A stretch of 64,000 bases of DNA, from contig CBDBFH010000019.1 in NCBI GenBank assembly GCA_965204775.1, forward strand, positions 4,394 to 68,393. The letters are read 5' to 3'. The first letter of the stretch is position 1. Each line of letters begins with the position of its first letter. Origin of the DNA: Alphaproteobacteria bacterium. Lineage in GTDB: Bacteria > Pseudomonadota > Alphaproteobacteria > JAPOUT01 > G958296285. A program made the translations under genes and the position numbers. Below are positions 46,050 through 55,533 of this stretch, piece by piece. Below the pieces are notes generated by a model. That model was not told the origin of the DNA and ran no database searches. It saw only the letters and a program-made list of their open reading frames with translations.

Positions 46050-47275
46050 CGCGCGGCGCGGAAGGGCGGCTCTACCGCCAGGAGATGAGCGCCGCCGGTT
46101 TTGATGCGGGAAAGGAGCGGGCGGCGGCGCAGCTGGCGATGGCCTTCTGGCGGGGGCGGGCGGCGGAGCCTCTCTTCCGCGACCTGATGGAAGAAGACGG
46201 GATCGACCGGCGCAGCGAAGAGACTCTCGCGCGGATCATGGCCGGGGCCAAAGACATTGTCGTGATCGGGATCGGGGGGGCGATATCGGGTCCGGCGGTG
46301 TTTTGCTCGCCGCAGCGCAGGCCGCCCCGGCTCCACTGGCTGGACACGCCGGATCCGGCTTATGTGGAATCGCTGTTTTCGCGCCTGTGTCCGGAGGAGG
46401 CGCGCTTGCTGATTGTGTCGAAATCGGGGGCGACACCGGAAACGCTGGCGCTGGCCCGGGCCGGACTGGACTGGCTGGGGGCGAAACTTGGCGCGCGGGC
46501 GGCGGCGGGCGCGGTGGCCGGGCTGTGCGCGCAAGAGCGCACGCCCTTGCACGCGCTGGCCGCCGGGCGCGGATTTGCGCTTTTGTCCGGCCCGCCGGGG
46601 ATCGACAGCCGCTTTTGTCTGTTCACGATTCTGGGGCTTGCGCCATTGATTGCGCTGGGCGGCAAGGCTGAGCGGGTGCGCGCCGGGGGGCGGGCGGTGC
46701 TGGCCCGGCTGCTTTCGGGCGCGGCGCGGGCCGAAGATTTTCCGCCCGCCGCCGGGGCGGCGCTGCTGGCGGCGGGGGCGAGAGCCGGGCGAATTCATGT
46801 GACGATGGCCGGGGCGGAGCATTTCGCGCCCCTCACCCGGTGGTGGCGTCAGATTGCCGCCGAGAGTCTGGGCAAAGCGGGCAAGGGCGCGCTGCCCGCG
46901 ACCGCCCGCCTGCCCGCCGACCAGCACAGTCAGTTTCAGCTGTATCTGGACGGGCCGGACAGATGCGTCTTCACGCTTATAACCGGGCCGGAGACGGAGC
47001 CGGGAGGGGGCGGCGCGTTGGGCCGCCTTCTTGCGGCGCAAAACCGGGCGGCGATTTCGCAGTTGCGCGCGCGGGGGCGGGTCTTGCGGATTTTGCGCGC
47101 CGGGACAGGCGAAGAGAGTCTGGGGGCGCTGGCGATGCATTTCCTTCTCGAAATTCTGCTGGCGGCGCGCATAATGGGGGTGAATCCTTTTGGCCAGCCT
47201 GCGGTCGAGGCGGGCAAGGCCGCGCTGGCGCCGTTTCTGGCGCAGGCGGCGGAACAGGACGGAGAGCGCAGCTGA
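46046..47275 (+). CDS. glucose-6-phosphate isomerase-family (SIS domain) protein, short form
   Basis: LLIVSKSGATPETL fits the PGI signature (x-S-K-S-G-x-T-x-E-T). 409 aa. Overlaps neighbours by 4 bp and 1 bp. Confidence 0.55.
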   Translation: MTRGAEGRLYRQEMSAAGFDAGKERAAAQLAMAFWRGRAAEPLFRDLMEEDGIDRRSEETLARIMAGAKDIVVIGIGGAISGPAVFCSPQRRPPRLHWLDTPDPAYVESLFSRLCPEEARLLIVSKSGATPETLALARAGLDWLGAKLGARAAAGAVAGLCAQERTPLHALAAGRGFALLSGPPGIDSRFCLFTILGLAPLIALGGKAERVRAGGRAVLARLLSGAARAEDFPPAAGAALLAAGARAGRIHVTMAGAEHFAPLTRWWRQIAAESLGKAGKGALPATARLPADQHSQFQLYLDGPDRCVFTLITGPETEPGGGGALGRLLAAQNRAAISQLRARGRVLRILRAGTGEESLGALAMHFLLEILLAARIMGVNPFGQPAVEAGKAALAPFLAQAAEQDGERS

Positions 47276-49122
47276 TGGGCAAGATTGTCCGCCTTCCGGA
47301 ATCGGTCGTGAACCGGATTGCTGCCGGGGAAGTGATCGAGCGCCCGGCGAGCGTGGTGCGCGAGTTGGTCGAGAACGCGATTGACGCGCAAGCGCGGGCG
47401 ATTCGGATTCGGATCGAGGAGGGCGGGCGCGACTTGATTGAGGTGGTGGACGACGGGCACGGGATGAGCGGGGAAGATCTGGCGCTGGCGACCGAGCGCC
47501 ATGCCACATCGAAACTTTCGCCGCATTCGGCGGGCGACGTCTTGCGCGGGGTTTCGACGCTGGGCTTTCGCGGCGAAGCGCTGCCTTCAATCGGCTCGGT
47601 CAGCCGCCTTGCGATTCGCAGCCGGCGGGCCGAGGACTCCCATGCGCTTCAGATTGAGATGCATTTTGGCCGCAAGCCACCCCCGCCGCGTCCGGCGGCG
47701 GGGGCGCAGGGCACGCAGGTTCTGGTCCGCGATTTGTTTCATGCGCTTCCGGGGCGCCTGAAATTTCTCAAAACGGCGCGCAGCGAAGCGGCGGCGGTGA
47801 TTGATGTGGTCAAGCGCCGGGCGCTGGCGGTTCCGGGCTGCGCGGTCACGCTGACCAGCGGCAAGGCGGCGGTTTTGCGCCTGAGGGCGGAAGGCGGCGC
47901 GGACGGCGCGGCGCGCAGCGCGCGCATTCGGGCGGTGATGGGGGGCGAGTTTTTCGACAACGCCCTTCCCATCGAGATCGCGCATCGGGGGATGAGTCTG
48001 TCCGGCTATGCCGGTCTTCCGACCTATCACCGGGCGACGCTGCAGTGGCAGTTTCTGTTCGTCAACGGGCGTCCGGTTCAAGACCGGCTGCTGGGCGGCG
48101 CGCTGCGCGCAGCCTATGGCGATTTGATGGTCAAGGGGCGTTTTCCGGCGGCGGCGCTGTTTTTGACTCTGCCGCCGGGTGCGGTGGATATAAACGTCCA
48201 CCCGGCCAAGGCCGAGCTTCGCTTCCGCGATGCGCAGGCGGTGCGCGCCCTGGTGATCGGGGCGCTCAAACAGGCCTTTGCGCAGGCCGGGCACCGGGCT
48301 TCGGCGGTTTTGTCCGGTCAGGCGCTGGCGGCGATGCGCCCGGGTTCGGCTGCGCCGGGGGGTCCGGAGTCTTTTGCGGGCGGCCCGGCTCCGGCGGGGT
48401 TGGCGCCCCGGCCCTTGCCGGCGGGAGGGACGGGCGAACTGCCCGGGCTGGGCGGGCACGGCGGACGGGTCGAACCGGCGGCAGGCGGGAATGCGCAGAT
48501 GAGCGGACCGGGCGAGGGGCCCGGGACCGAAGGCGGGCCGGAGCTGCCTTTGGGGGTCGCCCGGGGGCAGCTGCATGAGACGTATATTATTTCCCAGACC
48601 GCGGACGGGATCGTGATTGTCGACCAGCATGCGGCGCACGAGCGGATTGTCCATGAGAAGATGCGCGCGCAGGCGCAGGCGGGCGGGATTGCCCGGCAAA
48701 GCCTGTTGATTCCGGAAGTGGTCGAACTGACCGCCCCGGAGGCCGACCTGCTGATGGCGCGAGCCGGGGAGTGGGCGCAGCTGGGCTTTGTGCTGGACCG
48801 TTATGGACCGGATGCGGTGATCGTGCGCGAGGTTCCGGCGATCTGCCGGAATATGGACATTGGCGGTCTGGTGCGCGATCTGGCCGACGGATTGAGCGAC
48901 GGCGGACGGGGCGGGGCGCTGGCCGAACGTTTGAACGAGATTTCGGGGACGATTGCCTGTCATTCCAGCGTCCGGGGCGGACGCCGCCTGACCGGAGCCG
49001 AGATGGATGCGTTGTTGCGCGAAATGGAGCGCACCCCTCATGCCGGGCAGTGCAATCACGGGCGTCCGACCTATGTCGAGCTGAAACTGGCGGATATCGA
49101 AAGACTATTCGGGCGGCGCTAA
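47275..49122 (+). CDS. mutL: DNA mismatch repair protein MutL
   Basis: IVRLPESVVNRIAAGEVIERPASVVRELVENAIDA (GHKL ATPase Bergerat fold) and a C-terminal dimerisation domain. Confidence 0.9.
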   Translation: MGKIVRLPESVVNRIAAGEVIERPASVVRELVENAIDAQARAIRIRIEEGGRDLIEVVDDGHGMSGEDLALATERHATSKLSPHSAGDVLRGVSTLGFRGEALPSIGSVSRLAIRSRRAEDSHALQIEMHFGRKPPPPRPAAGAQGTQVLVRDLFHALPGRLKFLKTARSEAAAVIDVVKRRALAVPGCAVTLTSGKAAVLRLRAEGGADGAARSARIRAVMGGEFFDNALPIEIAHRGMSLSGYAGLPTYHRATLQWQFLFVNGRPVQDRLLGGALRAAYGDLMVKGRFPAAALFLTLPPGAVDINVHPAKAELRFRDAQAVRALVIGALKQAFAQAGHRASAVLSGQALAAMRPGSAAPGGPESFAGGPAPAGLAPRPLPAGGTGELPGLGGHGGRVEPAAGGNAQMSGPGEGPGTEGGPELPLGVARGQLHETYIISQTADGIVIVDQHAAHERIVHEKMRAQAQAGGIARQSLLIPEVVELTAPEADLLMARAGEWAQLGFVLDRYGPDAVIVREVPAICRNMDIGGLVRDLADGLSDGGRGGALAERLNEISGTIACHSSVRGGRRLTGAEMDALLREMERTPHAGQCNHGRPTYVELKLADIERLFGRR

Positions 49123-49680
49123 GAGCGGGGCGAAGCGCAGGAGAATGAAGCGGGTGCGGGCCTGGAGATGCGCGCTCAGGAAGGTGAAATTTTTCGGCAG
49201 AGTCGGGCGCAGATCTTTGCGCTCCTGAATGACGGCATAAGCGCCGGGGGCGAGCAGGCGCAGGGCGGCCAGAGCGTCGAGTGGGGCGGCGGCGAGGTTT
49301 TGGCCATAGGGCGGATCGGCGAAGACGAGACCGGCGCACAAGGGTTTTGCGGCAAGGCGCGCCGGGCGGGCGCGGATCGGAGTGCGCTGCGGGAGGAGGG
49401 CGAGCCGGGAGGCATTGCGCCGGATCAGGCGGCGGGCCTGCGGGTCGCGTTCGACGAACAGGACGCGGGCGGCCCCGCGCGAGAGCGCCTCGAAGCCCAG
49501 CGCGCCCGATCCGGCGAAGAGGTCGATGACCTCAAGGCCGCCGAGTTCAAGGCGGGGCGGGCCGTGGACGAGGAAATCAAAGAGGCTCCGGCGGGCGCGG
49601 GCGAGGGTGGGCCGGGCGTCGAGACCGGGGCCGGGGCCTTCGAGGCGGCGGCCTTTGAGGAGGCCGGCGGTGATTCGCAT
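49105..49680 (-). CDS. rsmD: 16S rRNA (guanine966-N2)-methyltransferase RsmD
   Basis: DLFAGSGALGFEALSRGA and VFADPPY motifs. Convergent 18-bp overlap with mutL. Confidence 0.8.
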   Translation of the reverse strand: MRITAGLLKGRRLEGPGPGLDARPTLARARRSLFDFLVHGPPRLELGGLEVIDLFAGSGALGFEALSRGAARVLFVERDPQARRLIRRNASRLALLPQRTPIRARPARLAAKPLCAGLVFADPPYGQNLAAAPLDALAALRLLAPGAYAVIQERKDLRPTLPKNFTFLSAHLQARTRFILLRFAPLLAPPE

Positions 49681-49691
49681 GGCCGCGCGCG

Positions 49692-50456
49692 CTACCGCGC
49701 CCCGGCGCAGGCCGCGCGGGCGGGGCCGGGCAGAGTCAGCTTTTGCAATTGGGCGGGCGGGACCTCGCGCCATCGGCCCGGGGCCAGCGCGCCCAGCGCG
49801 AAGGGGCCAAAATGGGTTCGAATCAGGCGGTTGACAATCAGGCCCTGCGCCTCAAGGAGGAGGCGGACTTCGCGGTTTTTTCCCTCGCGCAGGCCGATGG
49901 CGATCCAGCAATTGCGCGCCTGGCGGCGCTCCAGTTTGGCCTGGGCCGGGGCATAGCGCACCCCCTTGAGCGTGAGGCCCTGAGCGAGGCGGTCGAGGTC
50001 TTGCTGGCTGACCTCGCCGAAGGCGCGGACGCGATAGCGGCGCAGGAAGTTGGAGGCAGGCAGTTCCAGGGCGCGGGCCAGGGCGCCGTTATTGGTGAGG
50101 AGGAGGAGGCCCTCGCTGCTCATATCAAGCCGTCCGACCGGGGCGGCGGCGCGCAACAGCGGCGGCAGGTGATCGAAGATCACCGGGCGCTGCTGCGGAT
50201 CGCGCCGCGCGGTGAGCAAGCCGCGCGGCTTGTGATAGCGCCACAGGCGGGGCGGGGGAATTGCGGGCAGGGGCCGGGAGTCCAGTTCGATCCGGTCGCC
50301 GGGGCCGACATTAAGCGCGGGCGAGGCGGCGACCCGGCCATTGACGCGCACCCGCCCGGCCCGAATCATGTCTTCGGCCTGACGGCGCGAAGCGAAACTG
50401 GTGTGAGCGATTCGGCGCGCCAGACGCATGACCTGGCAGGCAGGGGGCGCGCTCAT
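49692..50456 (-). CDS. pseudouridine synthase (RsuA/RluB family)
   Basis: S4 domain N-terminus (AHTSFASRRQAEDMIRAGRVRVNG) and a catalytic core with GRLDMSSEGLLLLTNNG. Confidence 0.8.
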   Translation of the reverse strand: MSAPPACQVMRLARRIAHTSFASRRQAEDMIRAGRVRVNGRVAASPALNVGPGDRIELDSRPLPAIPPPRLWRYHKPRGLLTARRDPQQRPVIFDHLPPLLRAAAPVGRLDMSSEGLLLLTNNGALARALELPASNFLRRYRVRAFGEVSQQDLDRLAQGLTLKGVRYAPAQAKLERRQARNCWIAIGLREGKNREVRLLLEAQGLIVNRLIRTHFGPFALGALAPGRWREVPPAQLQKLTLPGPARAACAGAR

Positions 50457-51064
50457 TGCTCCGGCGGGCGCTCCGGCGGGGGCTCCGGCGGGCCGGAGCC
50501 GGAGCCGAACAAGCCGCGCACGCGGGGGGGTGGGCGGTCTGAGCCTGAAGCCGGGGCCGGGGCTGGAGCTGACAGGCGGCTTTGTCCGGAGACCAGATCG
50601 ATCACCAGCCGCTCGCCGGTCAAAACATGCCGCCCCTGGCGCAAAATGATGCTGCCGCCCATGGTGATCTGGCGGCGGGCTACGTCATATTCGGCCCAGT
50701 CGCCCTGGGCGCGCTGATTGTTTTCGCCGGTGATGCGGACATTGCGGGCGGCGCGCAATCTGGTGATTTTGCCGCGCGGGGCGGAGTCCGCCGCCGATAT
50801 GTCCGGCGGGGGCGCGGCGGCATAAAAGACGGTCGCCCGGGCGGCTTCGAGGCGAAGCGCGCCCTGGGTGATCTGGACATTTCCGGCGAAGACCGCCTGC
50901 CCGGCGGGGCGGTCGACCTGCAGCGAATCGGCTTCGATCGCGACCGGCGCATCGCCGACCCGGGCAAAGCCGGAGAAGACATCGGCGCCGTCTTGCGCGG
51001 CCTGCGCCGGGGCGGCGAGGACCAGCGCAGACACAAGAAGCGCGGCGGTTGGTGTGAGGCTCAT
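50453..51064 (-). CDS. lptA: LPS transport periplasmic protein LptA
   Basis: Signal peptide plus OstA-like beta-jellyroll repeats. Follows lptC on the same strand. Confidence 0.8.
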   Translation of the reverse strand: MSLTPTAALLVSALVLAAPAQAAQDGADVFSGFARVGDAPVAIEADSLQVDRPAGQAVFAGNVQITQGALRLEAARATVFYAAAPPPDISAADSAPRGKITRLRAARNVRITGENNQRAQGDWAEYDVARRQITMGGSIILRQGRHVLTGERLVIDLVSGQSRLSAPAPAPASGSDRPPPRVRGLFGSGSGPPEPPPERPPEQ

Positions 51065-51624
51065 GGTTGCGCGCCCTGCGGGGCGGCGGCGGCGCGGGGC
51101 GGCGGCAGGCGCAGCTGCACTTTGACGCCGCCATGAAAGAGCAGTTGGCGGCCCCGGCCGGCGGCCTTGAGGCCCCCGGCCTCAAAGCGGCCCAGAGGCC
51201 CGTGGCCCCGCACGGCGGCGGGGACGGTCAGTTCGCCTTTTTTCAAATCGATCACGGCGCGGCGGGCATGAAGTTCGTAGCCGGCGGTGGAATAGAGATC
51301 GAGGGGGCGGCCCAGTTCGAGGCGGGCCTGTTTTCGGAGGAACATGCCTTTTCCGGCCCGGGCCAGCAGCCAGCCGCCCGGCTCCAGCTGCAGATCCAGT
51401 TCGAGGACTTCCAGATCGATCTGATCGGGGGTTTCGCGCCCGTGGCTGGCGGCCTGTGCGGTGAGCACATAGGGGGCGGCGTCCTGGGTGCGTCCGGTTA
51501 TGCGCAGATTGACGAGGCGGGAGTCCTCATTGACCGGGGACAATTCGGTGGAGGTCATGACCAGCCCGCTGCGGTTCTCGACCGACAGGGCATAGAAGAC
51601 GAAGAGGGCGAGGACGCCCAGCAC
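51061..51624 (-). CDS. lptC: LPS export protein LptC (start may lie further upstream)
   Basis: N-terminal TM anchor (LGVLALFVFYALS) and LptC-fold periplasmic domain. ATGA overlap with lptA. Confidence 0.65.
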   Translation of the reverse strand: MLGVLALFVFYALSVENRSGLVMTSTELSPVNEDSRLVNLRITGRTQDAAPYVLTAQAASHGRETPDQIDLEVLELDLQLEPGGWLLARAGKGMFLRKQARLELGRPLDLYSTAGYELHARRAVIDLKKGELTVPAAVRGHGPLGRFEAGGLKAAGRGRQLLFHGGVKVQLRLPPPRAAAAPQGAQP

Positions 51625-51682
51625 GCAGGCATAAAGCGCGCGGCGCAGGGCGGCGACGGCGGGGTGGCGGCGGGCGGTTTTT

Positions 51683-52300
51683 TCAATGCGCGAAGATATC
51701 CTCGTCTCTCCATCCGGCCAGATCGAGGCGGGCGCGGGCGGGCAGGAAGTCGAAGCAGGCCTGCGCCCAGTCGCGGCGATTTTCGCGGATCAGCATGGCG
51801 TCGAGTTTTTCGCGGAGGGCGTGGAGGTGGATGACGTCGCGGGCGGCATAGGCGATTTGCTGCGGGGTCAGTTGTCCGGCGCCCCAGTCGGAGGACTGCT
51901 GCTGTTTGGAGATTTCGACGCCCAGCAGATCGCGGCACAGATCTTTGAGGCCGTGGCGGTCGGTGTAGGTGCGGGCGAGGCGGGAGGCGATTTTGGTGCA
52001 ATAGACCGGGGCGGCGGTGATATTGAGGTAATGGCCGAGGGTGGCGAGATCGAAGCGGGCGAAATGGAAGATTTTCTCCCGGGCCGGGTCGGCGAGCAGC
52101 GCCTGAAGATTGGGCGCGCGGTAGCGGCTGCGATCCAGCTGAACGATATGGGCCGCGCCGCGTTGATCGGCCAGTTGCACGAGGCAGAGGGGATCGCGGC
52201 GCGGATCCAGCCCCAGGGTTTCGGTGTCGACCGCCAGCGCCCCGGCCAGATCAAGGCCGGAGGGCAAATCTTTCTGATGGAGGACGGGCGGCGGGGTCAT
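51683..52300 (-). CDS. 3'-5' exonuclease (RNase D-like, DEDDy family, short form)
   Basis: LAVDTETLGLDPRRD (Exo I), FHFARFDLA (Exo II) and YAARDVIHL (Exo III with Tyr). Confidence 0.75.
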   Translation of the reverse strand: MTPPPVLHQKDLPSGLDLAGALAVDTETLGLDPRRDPLCLVQLADQRGAAHIVQLDRSRYRAPNLQALLADPAREKIFHFARFDLATLGHYLNITAAPVYCTKIASRLARTYTDRHGLKDLCRDLLGVEISKQQQSSDWGAGQLTPQQIAYAARDVIHLHALREKLDAMLIRENRRDWAQACFDFLPARARLDLAGWRDEDIFAH

Positions 52301-52350
52301 GGCGGTTGGCAGATTTGCACTCTCGCGGGGCTGTCAGGCCGGGGTGGGGA

Positions 52351-52439
<89 letters not shown>

Positions 52440-52496
52440 GCGGGGGCGCAGTCTAGCGGGTTTTCCGGGCGGGGAAAACCGGCTAGACCGGAGGGC

Positions 52497-53474
52497 ATGA
52501 TGGCGGTGCAGATGACAGGCCCGCGCGCGCGCGGACGGATTGCGGCGGTGATCGGCGCGGGCGGATTTATTGGCCGCCATGTGGTGCGGCGTTTGGCCCG
52601 CGCCGGGTTTCGGGTCAAGGCCGGCGTGCGCCGTCCGGAGCAGGCGCTGTTCTTGAAGCCGATGGGCGAGACCGGCCAGATCGAACTGGCGCGGGCGGAT
52701 TTTGCCGATCCCGATTCGCTCGCCCGCCTGTGCGCCGGGGCGGAGGTGGTGGTCAATGCGGCGGGCATTTTGTATGAGCGCGGCGCGCAGCGTTTCGACC
52801 TGCTGCACCGGCGCGGACCGGCCCAGGCCGCGCGCCGGGCGAAAGAGGGGGGGGCGGCGTGTCTGATTCATCTTTCGGCGCTGGGGGCGGAGCGAAGCAG
52901 CGCAGCGCTTTACGCGCGCTCGAAGGCGGCGGGCGAGGAGGAGGTCCGGCGCGCTTTCGCGCAGGCGCACATCCTGCGCCCCTCCCTCGTCTTTGGCCCG
53001 GAGGATGATTTCTTCAACCGGTTTGCCGGACTGGCGCGGCTGTTTCCGGCCCTGCCGGTGATCGGCGGGGGGACGACACGCTTTCAGCCGGTCTATGTCG
53101 AAGATGTCGCAGGCGCGGTCCTCACGGCGGCGCTGGGCCGGGCCGCGCCCGGCATTTACGAACTGGGCGGGCCGCAGATTTACACGTTCCGCGCGTTGAT
53201 GGCCTTCATTGTGGAGACAATCGGCCGCCGCCGTCTGCTTGCGCCGGTTCCGGTGTTTGCGGCGCGGGCGCTGGCGCTTTTTGCGCAATATATGCCGAAG
53301 CCGCTTTTGACTCCCGATCAGCTGCGTCTTCTTGCGCAGGATTCGGTGGTCAGCGCGGCGGCGGCGCGGCGCGGGCGCGATCTGGCCGGTCTGGGGGTCG
53401 CTGCGCCCGCCTCAATCGAGGCGATTGTGCCGGCCTATTTGAGCCGCTTCCGGCCCGGCGGGGCGGGACCCTAA
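52497..53474 (+). CDS. complex I NDUFA9-subunit-family NAD(P)-binding protein (atypical SDR)
   Basis: VIGAGGFIGRHVVRRLARAG Rossmann motif and NmrA/NDUFA9-like extended SDR architecture. Confidence 0.75.
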   Translation: MMAVQMTGPRARGRIAAVIGAGGFIGRHVVRRLARAGFRVKAGVRRPEQALFLKPMGETGQIELARADFADPDSLARLCAGAEVVVNAAGILYERGAQRFDLLHRRGPAQAARRAKEGGAACLIHLSALGAERSSAALYARSKAAGEEEVRRAFAQAHILRPSLVFGPEDDFFNRFAGLARLFPALPVIGGGTTRFQPVYVEDVAGAVLTAALGRAAPGIYELGGPQIYTFRALMAFIVETIGRRRLLAPVPVFAARALALFAQYMPKPLLTPDQLRLLAQDSVVSAAAARRGRDLAGLGVAAPASIEAIVPAYLSRFRPGGAGP

Positions 53475-54277
53475 AGCGTCCAGATCAAGATGGCGGCGGC
53501 CAGGGCCAGGCGATAGAGGACGAAAGGGGTGAGCGTCCAGCGCCGGGCGAAGCGGACGAAGAGCGCGAGCGCGAGCAGTCCGGCGAGAAAGGAGAGGAGG
53601 ATCACCGCCGCCAGCAATGCGGGGGCGGGGGGCGGGGCGGACGGGAGCGGACGGGCGGCGTCGAGCAGGGTCACAAAGCTTGCCCCCACGATGACGGGCA
53701 GAGCCAGGAGCAGGGCGAAGCGCACCGCGCTTTCGCGCGCAAACCCCAGGGCGCGCGCGGCGGTGATCACGACTCCGGCGCGGCTGGCGCCGGGGATGAA
53801 GGCGCAGGCTTGCGCGCAGCCGATCCAGAAAGATTGGGCGGCGGTCATGCTGGCGAGGCTTCGGGTTGGGCGGCGGGTGCGGTCGGCGAGGAAGAGGAGG
53901 CAGGCGAAGAGGATATTGGCGAGCGCGATCATGGGCAGATTGCGCAAGACCTCGATTCGGCCTGAGGCGAACAGACCGGCCCCGGCGAGCAGGGCAGGCA
54001 GGGTGGCGAGGAGGAGGAGGAGGAGGAGATCGCGTTCCGGCGCGCGGCGGCGGGCGAGGAGGGCGGCGGCGCCGCGCCCCAGCGCGCTCATCTCGCGGCG
54101 GAAATAGACGAGCCCGGCGGCCAGGGTTCCCAGATGGGCGGCGGCTTCGAGGGCGAGTCCGGACTGGCCGGTCAGGCCCAGCCGGGCGAGGAGGATCAGG
54201 TGGCCGGAGGAGGAGATGGGCAGGAATTCGGTCGCCCCCTGAACGAGGGCGATCAAAAGCGCGGTTTCGAGGAGCAT
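53471..54277 (-). CDS. uppP: undecaprenyl-diphosphate phosphatase UppP/BacA
   Basis: GATEFLPISSSGHL and PGASRAGVVI motifs. 8 TM helices. Confidence 0.9.
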   Translation of the reverse strand: MLLETALLIALVQGATEFLPISSSGHLILLARLGLTGQSGLALEAAAHLGTLAAGLVYFRREMSALGRGAAALLARRRAPERDLLLLLLLATLPALLAGAGLFASGRIEVLRNLPMIALANILFACLLFLADRTRRPTRSLASMTAAQSFWIGCAQACAFIPGASRAGVVITAARALGFARESAVRFALLLALPVIVGASFVTLLDAARPLPSAPPPAPALLAAVILLSFLAGLLALALFVRFARRWTLTPFVLYRLALAAAILIWTL

Positions 54278-54339
54278 GAAGGAGGCCGGGGGCTTGCGAA
54301 CAGAAGGCGCGCAAGGGGTTATACTACAGCGCCTGTTGT

Positions 54340-55533
54340 TTGGGAGCGGCTGCGGTGATCAAGGGTGCAAACCGGGGGGCGGCGGCGCGGGGGCGGCGGA
54401 TTGCCGATGAGATTGCGGCGCGGGCGCGCGGCGCGGGCTTTGAGGCGTTCGGGATTGCCGATGCGCGGGCGCTGGCGCGGGTTGCGCGGCGGAGCGGGCC
54501 GGATCTCAAGGCGTTTTTGGCCTCCGGCTATCACGCCGGCATGGACTGGCTGGGGCGCGACCCGGAGCGGCGCAGCGATCCGGCGCGGCGCTGGCCGGAG
54601 GTCAAAAGCGTGATTGCGGTGGGGATGAATTACGGGCCGGAGCGCAATCCTCTGGGCGATCTGGAGCGGAAGGCGCAAGGGGTGATTTCGGTCTACGCGC
54701 GCGGCGAGGACTACCACCGGGTTCTCAAGGAGAAACTGAAGCGGATGGCGCGGGAGATTGAGGCGCTACACGCGGCGCGGGCGCGGGTTGTGGTCGACAC
54801 CGCGCCGGTGATGGAAAAACCGCTGGCGCAGGCCGCCGGTCTGGGCTGGCAGGGCAAGCACACCAATCTGGTTTCGCGCGATTTGGGGTCGTGGTTTTTC
54901 CTGGGCCTGATCCTGACCGATCTGGCGCTGCCCGGGGCGGCGGGGCACGGGGTTCATTGCGGGCGCTGCCGGGCGTGCCTCGACATCTGCCCGACCGGGG
55001 CGTTTCCCGCGCCCTTTCAGCTGGATGCGCGGCGCTGCCTGTCCTATTTGACGATTGAGCACAAGGGGGTGATCGCGCGCCGGCTGCGGCGGGCGATGGG
55101 CAACCGGATTTACGGCTGCGACGATTGTCTGGCGGTATGCCCGTGGAACAAATATGCCCGCCGGGCGAACTGGGCCGGTTTCCACGCCCGGCGCGAATTG
55201 GAGAATCCGGGATTGCGCGATCTGGCCGGGCTGGACGAGGAAGGCTTTCGCCGCCTGTTCGCCCGCTCGCCGGTCAGACGGATCGGGCGGGCGCGCTTTT
55301 TGCGCAATGTTTTGATTGCGATCGGCAATTCGGGCGATTCGGGTCTGGCGGCCAGCGCCGAGCGGCTGTTGCGCGATCGCGCGCCGCTGGTGCGGGGGAT
55401 GGCGGTCTGGGCGCTGGCCTGTCTGCTGGAGGGCGCGCGCTTTGGGCAAGTCCGGGCGGCGCATATGAGCGCGGAGCGAGACCCGGACGTCCTCGCCGAA
55501 TGGCGGGCGGGGCCTGCAGGACACAGCGCCTGA
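54340..55533 (+). CDS. queG: tRNA epoxyqueuosine(34) reductase QueG
   Basis: Two ferredoxin-type Cys clusters (CGRCRACLDICP, CDDCLAVCPWN) and HEAT-like C-terminus. Confidence 0.85.
   Translation: MGAAAVIKGANRGAAARGRRIADEIAARARGAGFEAFGIADARALARVARRSGPDLKAFLASGYHAGMDWLGRDPERRSDPARRWPEVKSVIAVGMNYGPERNPLGDLERKAQGVISVYARGEDYHRVLKEKLKRMAREIEALHAARARVVVDTAPVMEKPLAQAAGLGWQGKHTNLVSRDLGSWFFLGLILTDLALPGAAGHGVHCGRCRACLDICPTGAFPAPFQLDARRCLSYLTIEHKGVIARRLRRAMGNRIYGCDDCLAVCPWNKYARRANWAGFHARRELENPGLRDLAGLDEEGFRRLFARSPVRRIGRARFLRNVLIAIGNSGDSGLAASAERLLRDRAPLVRGMAVWALACLLEGARFGQVRAAHMSAERDPDVLAEWRAGPAGHSA

Noticed and set aside
44523-49059. Series of long minus-strand ORFs (44523-46001, 45923-47590, 47587-49059)
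   Set aside because: They are antisense to the M16 peptidase, PGI-like and mutL genes and have Arg/Pro/Gln-rich low-complexity translations.
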